Positions 18,366-27,377 of a stretch of 64,000 nt of DNA are shown one piece after another. The position numbers and the translations under genes were made by a program. The DNA is taken from NCBI GenBank assembly GCA_016932785.1, contig JAFGCJ010000002.1:401777-465776 (forward strand), read 5' to 3'. The notes beneath the pieces were generated by a model. That model was given only the letters and a program-made list of their open reading frames with translations. It ran no database searches and was not told the origin of the DNA. The stretch's first letter is position 1; each line of letters starts with the position of its first letter. Source of the stretch: Candidatus Dojkabacteria bacterium (lineage in GTDB: Bacteria; Patescibacteriota; Dojkabacteria; SC72; JAFGCJ01).

Positions 18366-19229
18366 ATGAGTCTTGACCCAGTTCTAAAAAGTCCAGCAAC
18401 AAACACCACTGAGACAGAAAAAAAAGAACAGGACAAACCAAAGCCTAGACATCTCAAGTCAAAGAAAACTGGTAAGGCGCTGAGAAATATCTTTAGCCTT
18501 CTTGTAATTATTACAGTACTCGCTCTGGGATATAGAGGATATCTCTGGCTTGATGAAAAATTTAAAGAACAACAGAAATCAATTAATGAAAAATATTCCG
18601 AAAGCGTTAATCTACTGCTAGAAGAGTCTCAACAGGAAGAACCCTTCAGACCACCCCACGCCCTTGAAGATAAATTTCCAGGCTGGGAAACATATTACTA
18701 CTCTACAACCTCGATCCGATATCCACCAGAAATTAGTCCCGAATACACTCTCATATACAGCATAGGGTGCACACAGGGCATAACAAAGGTGGATTTCACA
18801 AGTGAAGAATTTCGCTCCGCTTACTACCAAACCGCCCCACAAGGCGATAGTGCAACCCAAACAGCATTTTATGACTCAGTATTTGGAATGACCCTGTGTG
18901 AACTGAATAACCCTAATAATTTATCCATTATAGACTTTGCTAGCGCTCCCGACACTTGGTTTCTTAACTCATCAAAATACGACGCACCTACAGAAAGAGG
19001 AATAATAGTTAGGAATTGGAATAGAGCCGACCTTAACAGAACAAGATTCATGGCATATATCTACGACGGAAAATTGCTCAATGACAATGTTGTGATCGTA
19101 TTTATTCAGGATATGGACACAAAGGAAATATTTATTGCCGAATTAAACCTGGATTACTACAATAACCGGGATTCCTCAAAGCAAAAGGCCATCGAACTTT
19201 TCAAGAAAATCCTCACATCAATAGAATAA
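18366..19229 (+). CDS. Hypothetical membrane-anchored protein
   Basis: ATG at 18366. Basic N-terminus, TM helix IFSLLVIITVLALGY and a globular extracytoplasmic domain. No recognised motif. Confidence 0.5.
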   Translation: MSLDPVLKSPATNTTETEKKEQDKPKPRHLKSKKTGKALRNIFSLLVIITVLALGYRGYLWLDEKFKEQQKSINEKYSESVNLLLEESQQEEPFRPPHALEDKFPGWETYYYSTTSIRYPPEISPEYTLIYSIGCTQGITKVDFTSEEFRSAYYQTAPQGDSATQTAFYDSVFGMTLCELNNPNNLSIIDFASAPDTWFLNSSKYDAPTERGIIVRNWNRADLNRTRFMAYIYDGKLLNDNVVIVFIQDMDTKEIFIAELNLDYYNNRDSSKQKAIELFKKILTSIE

Positions 19230-19459
19230 AAAGCACTAGAAATAGTTACCTTGGTAAAGGGCACCGACAGACTCAGTTCAATTAGTCGGTGCCCTCGCAA
19301 GGAAGACGATGACCTGCTACATGGATTGCAGCAAGGTCCTAAAAATATAGCGCATTTTCACTTTCTCTTCATGACCTATTCTTGACGAATAGTTGTCTGA
19401 AAACTGGCATCGAAAAACAAATGCCAAAAATTAATACCGGACAAGTTCTTTACTGAAAA

Positions 19460-19939
19460 TCAAAACAAACTACTTATCTTCTCCACGACATTCACTATCT
19501 GTTCCTCCCGGTCTTTCCTCATCCAGTTCACAATTCCAGAGCCAAGAAAGGTTGCACCCTTTGACTCACAACTTCGCCTTATCCAGTTGACAGCACTATT
19601 ACCACCCAACCATGGGTACCAGAATCCCTGAGTAATAAGAACCGCAAATTTTTTGCCTGATAGGGAACCAAGTCGTTTCATGTATGCCTTCATAACGGCA
19701 TTCAACATGAAGGCCATTACGAAGGAACCGAAAATTAAGTAGTCATACTCACCTATATCAGGACTCTTGGTAAACACGACTTCTTTTGCACCCTGAATGT
19801 CCCTTAACTTACCTTCTATTTCAATCCTCTCAATAACAACCTCATGGCCAGAGGAAGAAAGCCTTTTCCTAATTTTTTCTGCTACTGACAGGGTATTTCC
19901 TGTATCTGAGTAAACTATTATGCCTATTTTCATAATCAA
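19460..19939 (-). CDS. Flavodoxin-like protein
   Basis: MKIGIIVYSDTGNT, a flavodoxin phosphate-binding loop. About 159 aa. Confidence 0.65.
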   Translation of the reverse strand: MIMKIGIIVYSDTGNTLSVAEKIRKRLSSSGHEVVIERIEIEGKLRDIQGAKEVVFTKSPDIGEYDYLIFGSFVMAFMLNAVMKAYMKRLGSLSGKKFAVLITQGFWYPWLGGNSAVNWIRRSCESKGATFLGSGIVNWMRKDREEQIVNVVEKISSLF

Positions 19940-19960
19940 TAAATAACAATTAATGCAAGA

Positions 19961-20767
19961 CTATCCTTCTTTACTGAACATTTTCTGTCTTATAACCTCT
20001 TCAAACCCCAACTTTTTACCAGAACCAATTGACCCGTAATTATCAACATCAGTACAAAAGTAGAACTTATCAGCTCCGAGTTTGTTGGCTTCGGTTATTG
20101 CATGAAGCATCATCCTGGTATTAATTCCCTTTCTTCGATACTCCGGTACTACTGCAGCATTTATCCAGATGGCTGTATCGAAGCATATTCCCATACTTCC
20201 TGAAGCTACAGGCTTATCGTCGACATATCCCGCAAAATGAAGCTGCGTCACACCATCAATATGCGTTTTGAACAACTTTGACAGCGAAGACGCATAGGGA
20301 GTGTAATCAAAATCGGAATAGCCAAGACTGGCTGCGATTAAATACTCGGCAAATTCATCCTCCGTCCTACATTCCTTTATATCAAGCCCTTCAACATTGA
20401 GATCTCTGTTCTTCAAAGAACCGTACTCAAGTCCCCAAAATATTGCTTCCTCATCCTTTATTTCTTTATAACCTAGAGTTGAAATCTCGTTCTCTATTTT
20501 CTCAGGAGCATCAAATCCAGAAAGATATATGCTACTCGGTTTCCTTCTTTTCTTAAAATAGCCTTCAATATTTGGGATTTCATTCAGCAACTCCTCCTTA
20601 CTATCTAGGTCAAAATTCATTGCACAGTTCATGAACTTCGCATCAGTATTGAGTACAAAACACATCTCATAACAAGGAAGCGTCAACAGCTCATCATAGA
20701 AAGAACACCTCCAAAGGAGATTATTGAATCTAATTACTTTTCTCGCCTCTAACCTTGTAAGATTCAT
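19961..20767 (-). CDS. GNAT family N-acetyltransferase (long form, paralog 2)
   Basis: C-terminal GNAT motif A VVPEYRRKGINTRMMLHAI...GKKLGF. Clear paralogy with the upstream gene (DYTPYASSLSKLFKTHIDGVTQLHFAGYVDD). Confidence 0.7.
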   Translation of the reverse strand: MNLTRLEARKVIRFNNLLWRCSFYDELLTLPCYEMCFVLNTDAKFMNCAMNFDLDSKEELLNEIPNIEGYFKKRRKPSSIYLSGFDAPEKIENEISTLGYKEIKDEEAIFWGLEYGSLKNRDLNVEGLDIKECRTEDEFAEYLIAASLGYSDFDYTPYASSLSKLFKTHIDGVTQLHFAGYVDDKPVASGSMGICFDTAIWINAAVVPEYRRKGINTRMMLHAITEANKLGADKFYFCTDVDNYGSIGSGKKLGFEEVIRQKMFSKEG

Positions 20768-21576
20768 GGTTTTTTCGTAAATATTGTTTGTTTTATTTCT
20801 GGATCAAAACCTAACTTGTTCAATAAACCCGATCCTGGTTCATCTTTTTCATCAATACAGATATAGATCTCACTGGCTTTTTTCTTAAGAGCCTCTCCTG
20901 ACGCATACTTTATCATTTCAGAGCCAATTCCTTGCCTTCTGAAGTCCGGAAGCACAGAAATATTGACCAGGTGCGCCATATCGAGATACAAAGCTAAGGT
21001 TGAAGAACATACAATATTATCATCAACATAGCCTACGATATGCATAGATGTAACCCCGTCATAGACCTTTGTAAACAACTTCGAAAGCGATGAGGCATAG
21101 TGAGTATAGTCAAAAATATCACTCCAGGCTTCGTTAGCAACATATAAGTAATCCTGAAATGCACCAAAATCATACGCTATTGAAAACTTAACCTTGTCAT
21201 TATAAACAACATCTTTTCCTGGCAGTGATTTTGTCCAAAGAACAACGTTCTCTGAAGGATCATTTATATAACCCCGCTTTAAAAGAAGCGCTTCGAGGTT
21301 ATCGGGACGGCTACTCTGTTCTACTGATATCGAAGGACTCTTTTGTCTAATCTTAAAGTACTTCTCGATCTTTTGAATCTCGTCGTCAACACTGTCCTTG
21401 CCCAAATTCAGGTTCATAGCACAATTAAAATATCCATAATTATCGTCCAGAGTATAAACCAGATCATAATTTGGATGACGGACAACTTCGTCAAGAAAAA
21501 ACGACCCGAAAATGAGAATATATGAATGAATTATTTTCCTGTACCTAAGCCTGTTCATAAGAATATGATAACACAA
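20764..21576 (-). CDS. GNAT family N-acetyltransferase (long form, paralog 1)
   Basis: VLPDFRRQGIGSEMIKYA...LNKLGF. The shared block is DYTHYASSLSKLFTKVYDGVTSMHIVGYVDD. 4-nt overlap with paralog 2. Confidence 0.7.
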   Translation of the reverse strand: MCYHILMNRLRYRKIIHSYILIFGSFFLDEVVRHPNYDLVYTLDDNYGYFNCAMNLNLGKDSVDDEIQKIEKYFKIRQKSPSISVEQSSRPDNLEALLLKRGYINDPSENVVLWTKSLPGKDVVYNDKVKFSIAYDFGAFQDYLYVANEAWSDIFDYTHYASSLSKLFTKVYDGVTSMHIVGYVDDNIVCSSTLALYLDMAHLVNISVLPDFRRQGIGSEMIKYASGEALKKKASEIYICIDEKDEPGSGLLNKLGFDPEIKQTIFTKKP

Positions 21577-21617
21577 AAGTACTGACTCAATAGGTTATCT
21601 TTAGAAAACCCCAGAAC

Positions 21618-22103
21618 CTACTTTATCCTATCCACTTCAACCAATACCTTTCTACGGGGAAATTTCACCTTCATCCCATCACCTAAATCCAGAGTAATCA
21701 TCGGGAAAATATCCCTATCAATTCTCGAATCTACCCATTCAAGATCAGGGTATTTCTTCATAAAATCCTCCAGACTTACAGGGGGAACAATTTCTATATG
21801 TTCTAAGAATGCCTCCTGAGTTTCTCCTTCCTTAGGAGAAACAATTTCTATTGCTGGGATTCGTTGATCATTGTAAGCAAGCGGTTCAAAAAATTCGTAT
21901 ATAGCAACTTTTACATCACCAACCTGCACATCATGCTTAATTTCTCCAACTTTTGACAGCTCCTTTTTTCTTTCTTCATAGTCCTCCATCGATGCAGCTC
22001 TGTAACCAATATGGTCTATTTCTAACTCAGAAGTGTCAATTCCTTGATCCTGCATTTTCTTAAGAATTGTATCCAAAAAGTCCTTGTAATTTGTAAGAAT
22101 CAT
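21618..22103 (-). CDS. YecM-like VOC-fold metal-binding protein
   Basis: IDHIGYRAAS, IPAIEIVSP, FLEHIEIV and KVKFP match the YecM pattern (DHI..R, IVELP, WEHIEIV, KFHP). Confidence 0.6.
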   Translation of the reverse strand: MILTNYKDFLDTILKKMQDQGIDTSELEIDHIGYRAASMEDYEERKKELSKVGEIKHDVQVGDVKVAIYEFFEPLAYNDQRIPAIEIVSPKEGETQEAFLEHIEIVPPVSLEDFMKKYPDLEWVDSRIDRDIFPMITLDLGDGMKVKFPRRKVLVEVDRIK

Positions 22104-22114
22104 AATTGTTTTTT

Positions 22115-22855
22115 TTATTTTAGAGTAAAACCGGCATCAACATATATAACCTGACCGGTCATTGCATCATTTTTCGCAAGAAAAAGGAAAGCCTCAGCTA
22201 TCTCATCAACTGTAATCCACCTTTTAAGATAAGTCCCACCTAGCCAATTATCTATTTTTTCTTGAGGCTGGCCATCGTAGATTCTTGTTTTTACATATCC
22301 AGGAGCCACAGCATTAACCTGAATCTCAGGAGCAACATGTTTTGCCAGAGTTCTAGTCAAACTGTTTACCGCGGCCTTAGACACAGCATAAGTAATACTG
22401 CTTCCACCATGTTCCCATCCCTTAATAGATGATGTGTTAAGGATCTTGCCACTACCCTGCTTTTTCATTATCTCAACAGCATATTGAGAACATAGCATAA
22501 CATTTACGAGATTAATATTCAGCAGATCAAGAAGATCCTCCTGATTTGCTTCGAAATAAGGAACTTTCTCTGAAGGATGCGCCGCATTGTTAATAAGAAT
22601 ATCGAGAGAATCAAACTCGTCTATTACCTTTTTGAATAATTTCTTAATGTCAGATTCAACAGATAAATCAGCTTTCACCTCAAAGGATTTTACTCCGAGT
22701 TTACCTATTTCCTCTACGACTCCTTTTGCACCCTTCTCGTTTTCATGGTAATGGACAACAATATTGCATCCTTCCTTAGCAAATCGCATAGCGGTAGCCT
22801 TACCTATGCCGCTTGAAGATCCGGTTACAAGAACAGTTTTCCTCTTGAGATTCAT
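22115..22855 (-). CDS. Short-chain dehydrogenase/reductase (FabG-like)
   Basis: TGSSSGIGKATA cofactor loop, NNAA, and YAVSKAA (catalytic YxxxK). Confidence 0.9.
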   Translation of the reverse strand: MNLKRKTVLVTGSSSGIGKATAMRFAKEGCNIVVHYHENEKGAKGVVEEIGKLGVKSFEVKADLSVESDIKKLFKKVIDEFDSLDILINNAAHPSEKVPYFEANQEDLLDLLNINLVNVMLCSQYAVEIMKKQGSGKILNTSSIKGWEHGGSSITYAVSKAAVNSLTRTLAKHVAPEIQVNAVAPGYVKTRIYDGQPQEKIDNWLGGTYLKRWITVDEIAEAFLFLAKNDAMTGQVIYVDAGFTLK

Positions 22856-22923
22856 ACTCTTGAAATTAATAAAAATAATCTATCCTCCATAAACATCACT
22901 ATTATACCAAGAACAAGAGAACC

Positions 22924-23265
22924 TCACTTAAGATAGGAATCCCCGTCCTTATAGTTTACCTTTGATACTATCATCTTGAACTCTTTATCTGAATCATTCC
23001 TGAAACCATGTTCCTCATCCCTCTCGACGTATATCATATCTCCAGGATTAACCTGAAATTCTTTTCCATTGACAATCATTATCGCAGAATTTTCGGTCAC
23101 ATAGAAAATTTCATCTGTGAAATCATGGCTGTGACTTGGAATTACACCACGTGGTTCAACTACGACATCCTCAATCAGATTGATTTTACCTTTTATTTGG
23201 TCCAGCAAAATCCTCTTTTTGTAAGATTCACCTGAGATCCATTTTTTATTTCTTACAACCTTCAC
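22924..23265 (-). CDS. Cupin domain protein
   Basis: 113 aa. PSHSHDFTDEIFYV and GDMIYVERDEEHGFRN (cupin motifs 1 and 2). GTG start. Confidence 0.8.
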   Translation of the reverse strand: MKVVRNKKWISGESYKKRILLDQIKGKINLIEDVVVEPRGVIPSHSHDFTDEIFYVTENSAIMIVNGKEFQVNPGDMIYVERDEEHGFRNDSDKEFKMIVSKVNYKDGDSYLK

Positions 23266-23373
23266 GACTAATTATAATACGGCAGTCAAACAACTTGAAG
23301 ACTATTGTGAACATCCCGAAGTATTCTTAGACTTCCTTTTGGAAAAAAATGATACACGTCTTACAAACTTTCC

Positions 23374-23447
23374 TGGTTGCGGGACTAGGATTCGAACCTA
23401 GATTGGACGGTTCAGAGCCGTCTGTCCTACCATTAGACGATCCCGCA
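23374..23447 (-). tRNA. tRNA-Gln (anticodon CUG), CCA encoded
   Basis: Minus strand reads TGCGGGA-TC-GTCT-AATGGTA-GGAC-A-GACGG-CTCTGAA-CCGTC-CAAT-CTAGG-TTCGAAT-CCTAG-TCCCGCA-A-CCA. The cloverleaf is perfect with a U1:A72 pair, typical of tRNA-Gln. Confidence 0.9.
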
Positions 23448-23477
23448 TCTATATCAAGAGGAATTTTAACACAGAGA

Positions 23478-24446
23478 CTAATCGAAAAACATCTCGTTGG
23501 TGACCTTAAGATCGTTATTTTCACGAGCTAGATACTCCCACAGCATACCCAGAAGCAACAGATTACCAGTCTTCTCAAGGTAGTCAACCATTTCCTTATC
23601 CAATTTTCCTGTACTAAGATCCCAAAACTTCTGGGCAGTATCGGCATCACCAGTAACAACGCAAATCCATGAATACACCCAAGGTACATCATACAAACGA
23701 GGATAGCACTGACAAAGTTTTGTAAAACTAATGAGATAGGGTTTTCCATTTTCATAAACAAAATTGTCCGGGGCAAGATTTCCATGAACAGTTCCTAGAA
23801 CAAGTTTTTTCTTCTTAAAAAACTCTACAGATTCCTTGTATTTTGCTTGAAAACCCTTCAAGACACTCATATCCAGTGACGTTTTTCCTGCCTTAGCTAA
23901 AGATTGAAGTTTTTCAAAATAATTTTTTGCCGTATCCAAGATTTTCCCGTTAATATCAGTACCTTCTTTTTCTTTCGTCTTGGGCAAGTCCATCTTGGGG
24001 AAACTATCTATTTCAGAGATTATATCGTTAAATTTCTCGATCCAATCACTAATATGCTGTACCCCCATCCTGATATCATCACCAAGACACAAGCCCTCAA
24101 GCCAAAATCGTGAATAACCATAGATATCTATTTTCCCATACTTCTCGTCGAAGACTTCCTCTGCTCCAGGAGGAAGTAAGAAAGATTTCGCTTCCCCATC
24201 GGGATAAAGCTCCCAAAGTCTCTTTACTGCTTCAACCTCATTTCTAAGATCCTTAACTCTAGTATCATCTCCCTCCAAGGCAACACCCATTTTAGCAACA
24301 AAAGGCATTCCTTCTTTTTCACATGAGTACGTGAACTTATTAAGAGAGGCATTACCAACAAGCGCATCTACAGAATACCCCTTACCCTCAAGATACATAC
24401 GAATGACCTCATCGTACATCTCGTAATCAAAGTCTTTAACAGCCAT
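23478..24446 (-). CDS. Aminoglycoside/choline-kinase-fold (APH family) protein, probably catalytically degenerate
   Basis: GTVHGNLAPDNFVYENGKPYLISFT aligns by eye with the APH HGDxxxxN...IDF region, but has HGN and ISF. Confidence 0.6.
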   Translation of the reverse strand: MAVKDFDYEMYDEVIRMYLEGKGYSVDALVGNASLNKFTYSCEKEGMPFVAKMGVALEGDDTRVKDLRNEVEAVKRLWELYPDGEAKSFLLPPGAEEVFDEKYGKIDIYGYSRFWLEGLCLGDDIRMGVQHISDWIEKFNDIISEIDSFPKMDLPKTKEKEGTDINGKILDTAKNYFEKLQSLAKAGKTSLDMSVLKGFQAKYKESVEFFKKKKLVLGTVHGNLAPDNFVYENGKPYLISFTKLCQCYPRLYDVPWVYSWICVVTGDADTAQKFWDLSTGKLDKEMVDYLEKTGNLLLLGMLWEYLARENNDLKVTNEMFFD

Positions 24447-24452
24447 TAAATT

Positions 24453-26015
24453 TCACTCCAAAAATTTAATACAATCATTTACAAAGGAGTCACATTTCTC
24501 AAGTCCCAATATTTCCATACACTCAAAGAGAGGCGGACTTGCTGTCCTACCTGTAACTGCAACACGTAGAAGCATAAACATATCGCCGTGCTTCCATCCG
24601 GCTTTGTCAGCATAGACTCTTATAGTATTTTCCCATGTTTCATGCTCCCAAGATTTCTCGAGAACAGGCTTCAGTTCCGCCCATAGAGTCTTCAGATTAT
24701 CCTTAGCATTGGAGAATTTCTTAAAATCGTCTTTTGAATACTCAAGCTTCTCATCATAGAAAAAACTCAGTAACTCAGGAAGTTCGGCAAGATAATGAAG
24801 TCTTTCCTTTACCAAAGGTAGAATTTTTTCAAAATATTCTCTCTTCCCCTTCCATAAAGGGTGGTACTTCTTCGTATCTTCGATAAGTTTCTTCTCCCAA
24901 TCCAGAAGTTCTAGATACTTATCCGAAACAAAGTCATGAAGGACTATATTGTCTATCCACTCAAATATCCTGTCTGCCAATTCCGAATCATCCATTTCCC
25001 TAATATAGTGACCATTGAAGTGATCCAACTTATCAGGCAAAAACCTCGAGCCAGACTTACGAATCCTTCGAAGATCAAAGAGTTTTACCAATTCATCCAT
25101 GCTATAGATCTCATCTGGATTTCCGTCTTTATCACTTGGAGACCAACCCAGCAGCGCAAGAAAATTCCACAAAGCCTCAAGCAAATATCCTTTTCTAAGG
25201 AACTTCAGTGCTGCATTTGATCCGCCGCGTTTTGAGAGTTTCTTTCTTCCATCAGGATTAAGGACATTAGGAGGCTGAATCAAATACGGCATCTTCCATC
25301 CAAATGCCTCATATATTAGTATCGTCTTGGGAGTACTGGAGACATATTCTTCACCACGGATGAGATGTGAAATTTTCATCAAATAGTCATCTACGACAAC
25401 AGCAAAGACGTAGGTAGGATATTCATCAGACTTAAGAAGTATCTGGTCGTCAATTAATTCATTCTTAACTCTCACTTTTCCATGATTTACATCCTCGTAT
25501 TCAGTAAAACCTGTCCTAGGAACTTTCAACCTTATCACATACTTTTCTCCAGCCTTGATCTTCTTCTGGACATCATCAGGAGACAGGTCACGACATTTCC
25601 CATCATACATAGGCTGTTGTTTGTTCTTAATCTGATTTTCTCTTAATTCCTTAAGCCTATCTTCACTGCAAAAACAGTGGTATGCTGAGCCTTTTTGTAA
25701 AAGCTCTTCAGAATATTTCTTATATATGTCTAGCCTCTCAGACTGGACGTATGGTCCATAATCTCCACCAACTTGAGGTCCCTCATCAATTTCGATACCG
25801 TATGCAGCGAAATTTTCATATATGGACTCAATTCCACCTTCTACCTTTCTCTCAACATCTGTATCTTCTACCCTGAGAATAAACTTTCCGTTACACTTCT
25901 TTGCCCAAAGATAATTGAAAAGAATATTTCGCATACTTCCAATATGCATCCACCCTGTGGGACTAGGACAAAACCTCACCCGAACATCTTTTGTGAAATT
26001 TGTATCATCAATCAA
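24453..26015 (-). CDS. gltX: Glutamyl-tRNA synthetase
   Basis: VRFCPSPTGWMHIGSMRN (HIGH motif) and KLSKRGG (KMSKS motif). 520 aa. TTG start. Confidence 0.9.
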   Translation of the reverse strand: MIDDTNFTKDVRVRFCPSPTGWMHIGSMRNILFNYLWAKKCNGKFILRVEDTDVERKVEGGIESIYENFAAYGIEIDEGPQVGGDYGPYVQSERLDIYKKYSEELLQKGSAYHCFCSEDRLKELRENQIKNKQQPMYDGKCRDLSPDDVQKKIKAGEKYVIRLKVPRTGFTEYEDVNHGKVRVKNELIDDQILLKSDEYPTYVFAVVVDDYLMKISHLIRGEEYVSSTPKTILIYEAFGWKMPYLIQPPNVLNPDGRKKLSKRGGSNAALKFLRKGYLLEALWNFLALLGWSPSDKDGNPDEIYSMDELVKLFDLRRIRKSGSRFLPDKLDHFNGHYIREMDDSELADRIFEWIDNIVLHDFVSDKYLELLDWEKKLIEDTKKYHPLWKGKREYFEKILPLVKERLHYLAELPELLSFFYDEKLEYSKDDFKKFSNAKDNLKTLWAELKPVLEKSWEHETWENTIRVYADKAGWKHGDMFMLLRVAVTGRTASPPLFECMEILGLEKCDSFVNDCIKFLE

Positions 26016-26084
26016 TGCTTTAAGAACAACATTATTTTAATAACGCTTCATTATAGCATAGAATTTTCATATAATAGTACCGCC

Positions 26085-27371
26085 ATGACTCTAACAGAAG
26101 CTGCCTCTCTCACAAAGAAATCAGTCTACTACGTAGGAATACCTCTTGGGGCAATCATTGTCATCTGGATAATAATCCAAATGATTACTCCTCAGGCAAC
26201 GCTTCCGGAGAAATATATCACTCCTGACTATTTGTGTGGTCCTCTTCCCAAACTAGAACTCGAGTCAATAGAGCAACCAACATCAAATACTCAATTCAAT
26301 ATAGAAACGACTACTGGAGCCATCCCTGATCTACCAAAAGTAGTCAACGTATTTAAATATAACCATCCAGGCCAAAGTCTTCTAGCTTTGGAAGAAAGCA
26401 AGATTATAGCCGAGAGATTAGGATTTGCCCCTGAAATATACACCAGAAAAAGCGTCGTAGAGTACGAATGGCAAAACTACGACAACGGTCAGACTCTTAT
26501 AATTGAAACTGGAAATCTAAATCTCAACTTAACAACTGATTTTACCGCGCCCGGCTCTGAAACATATTCACATCTTCTTCCTAGTGAGGAGAATGCCAAA
26601 AGCATAGCTCAAAGTTACCTTCGCTCGGCGAATCTTCTAACCGACGACTATCAGGATGGAGATCAAAGAACGTACCTTGTCCAAATAACATCGAGCGGTG
26701 AGCTTCGCGAGGCACCATCTCTCTCAGAAGCCGATCTTATTCGTGTCGACTTCTTCAGAAAAGAGGCTCTCATAATAATCGATCCCGAACTAGTCGATAC
26801 CGCAGAGATCGGTTCTACACTTCAAGAAAAACTCGAAGAGGAAGAAGAGGTAACAATAAGGGACGAAGATCAAAAGTCCGTTAAAGTAAAAAAATACAAC
26901 ACTGACGTGAAAAATGACAGCCCTATCTTCGGCAACATATCAGTTCTTGTGGGTGGAAGAGAAGAGGAAGAAAGCAGAGACTTTAAGATCTTCGGGCTGA
27001 CATACCAAAATTGGATAATATCTGATTCACCATGCGGAACCTATGGACTAATCTCACCGGAAGAGGCAGTCAGAAAAGTCCAGGAAGGAGAAGGTACCCT
27101 GGTCTACTTGATGGAGAAAAACGGAGATAGGATTATTCCCTACGCCTCAAAATCTGTAAGTGGGATGACAATACTTGAGGTCGACATAGCCTATCTCGAC
27201 ACAAGCGCAAAACAAACATACCTTCAACCTGTCTATTACATAAGAGGTGAGGCAGAATTCGAAAATGGTGAATTTGGAGAATTCTACTACTACGTTCCAG
27301 CTATTGACTACGATGCAATACCAGATGATGCTGGTCAACAGTCACCCGACGAAGAGTCTTCTTCTGAATGA
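26085..27371 (+). CDS. Hypothetical membrane-anchored extracytoplasmic protein
   Basis: ATG at 26085 gives MTLTEAASLTKKSVYYVGIPLGAIIVIWII (a TM helix). The listed upstream extension from 25773 is antisense to gltX and is rejected. Confidence 0.5.
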   Translation: MTLTEAASLTKKSVYYVGIPLGAIIVIWIIIQMITPQATLPEKYITPDYLCGPLPKLELESIEQPTSNTQFNIETTTGAIPDLPKVVNVFKYNHPGQSLLALEESKIIAERLGFAPEIYTRKSVVEYEWQNYDNGQTLIIETGNLNLNLTTDFTAPGSETYSHLLPSEENAKSIAQSYLRSANLLTDDYQDGDQRTYLVQITSSGELREAPSLSEADLIRVDFFRKEALIIIDPELVDTAEIGSTLQEKLEEEEEVTIRDEDQKSVKVKKYNTDVKNDSPIFGNISVLVGGREEEESRDFKIFGLTYQNWIISDSPCGTYGLISPEEAVRKVQEGEGTLVYLMEKNGDRIIPYASKSVSGMTILEVDIAYLDTSAKQTYLQPVYYIRGEAEFENGEFGEFYYYVPAIDYDAIPDDAGQQSPDEESSSE

Positions 27372-27377
27372 TAATTC

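Noticed and set aside
19258-19338. Small SRP (4.5S) RNA, suggested by CTC-GCAA-GGAAG resembling the conserved CC-GGAA-GGAAGCAGC apex.
   Set aside because: The flanking arms do not pair into the required long helix 8/5. The AGCA/AGG symmetric-loop motifs are absent. The 5' flank is instead locked in a perfect 11-bp local hairpin.
19405-19426. Possible intrinsic terminator for the flavodoxin-like gene (TGGCAT-10 nt-ATGCCA, then GTTTT on the minus strand).
   Set aside because: The stem is only 6 bp, AT-rich, with a large loop. That is too weak to report as a feature.
25773-26084. The N-terminal 104-aa extension of listed ORF 25773..27371, and likewise the TTG/GTG-extended starts at 30396, 42311, 18294, 18257 and 59412.
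   Set aside because: The extensions overlap neighbouring genes or regulatory RNA (the 30396 start lies inside the T-box terminator). An internal ATG followed by a signal or TM segment or a conserved N-terminus gives a more plausible start.
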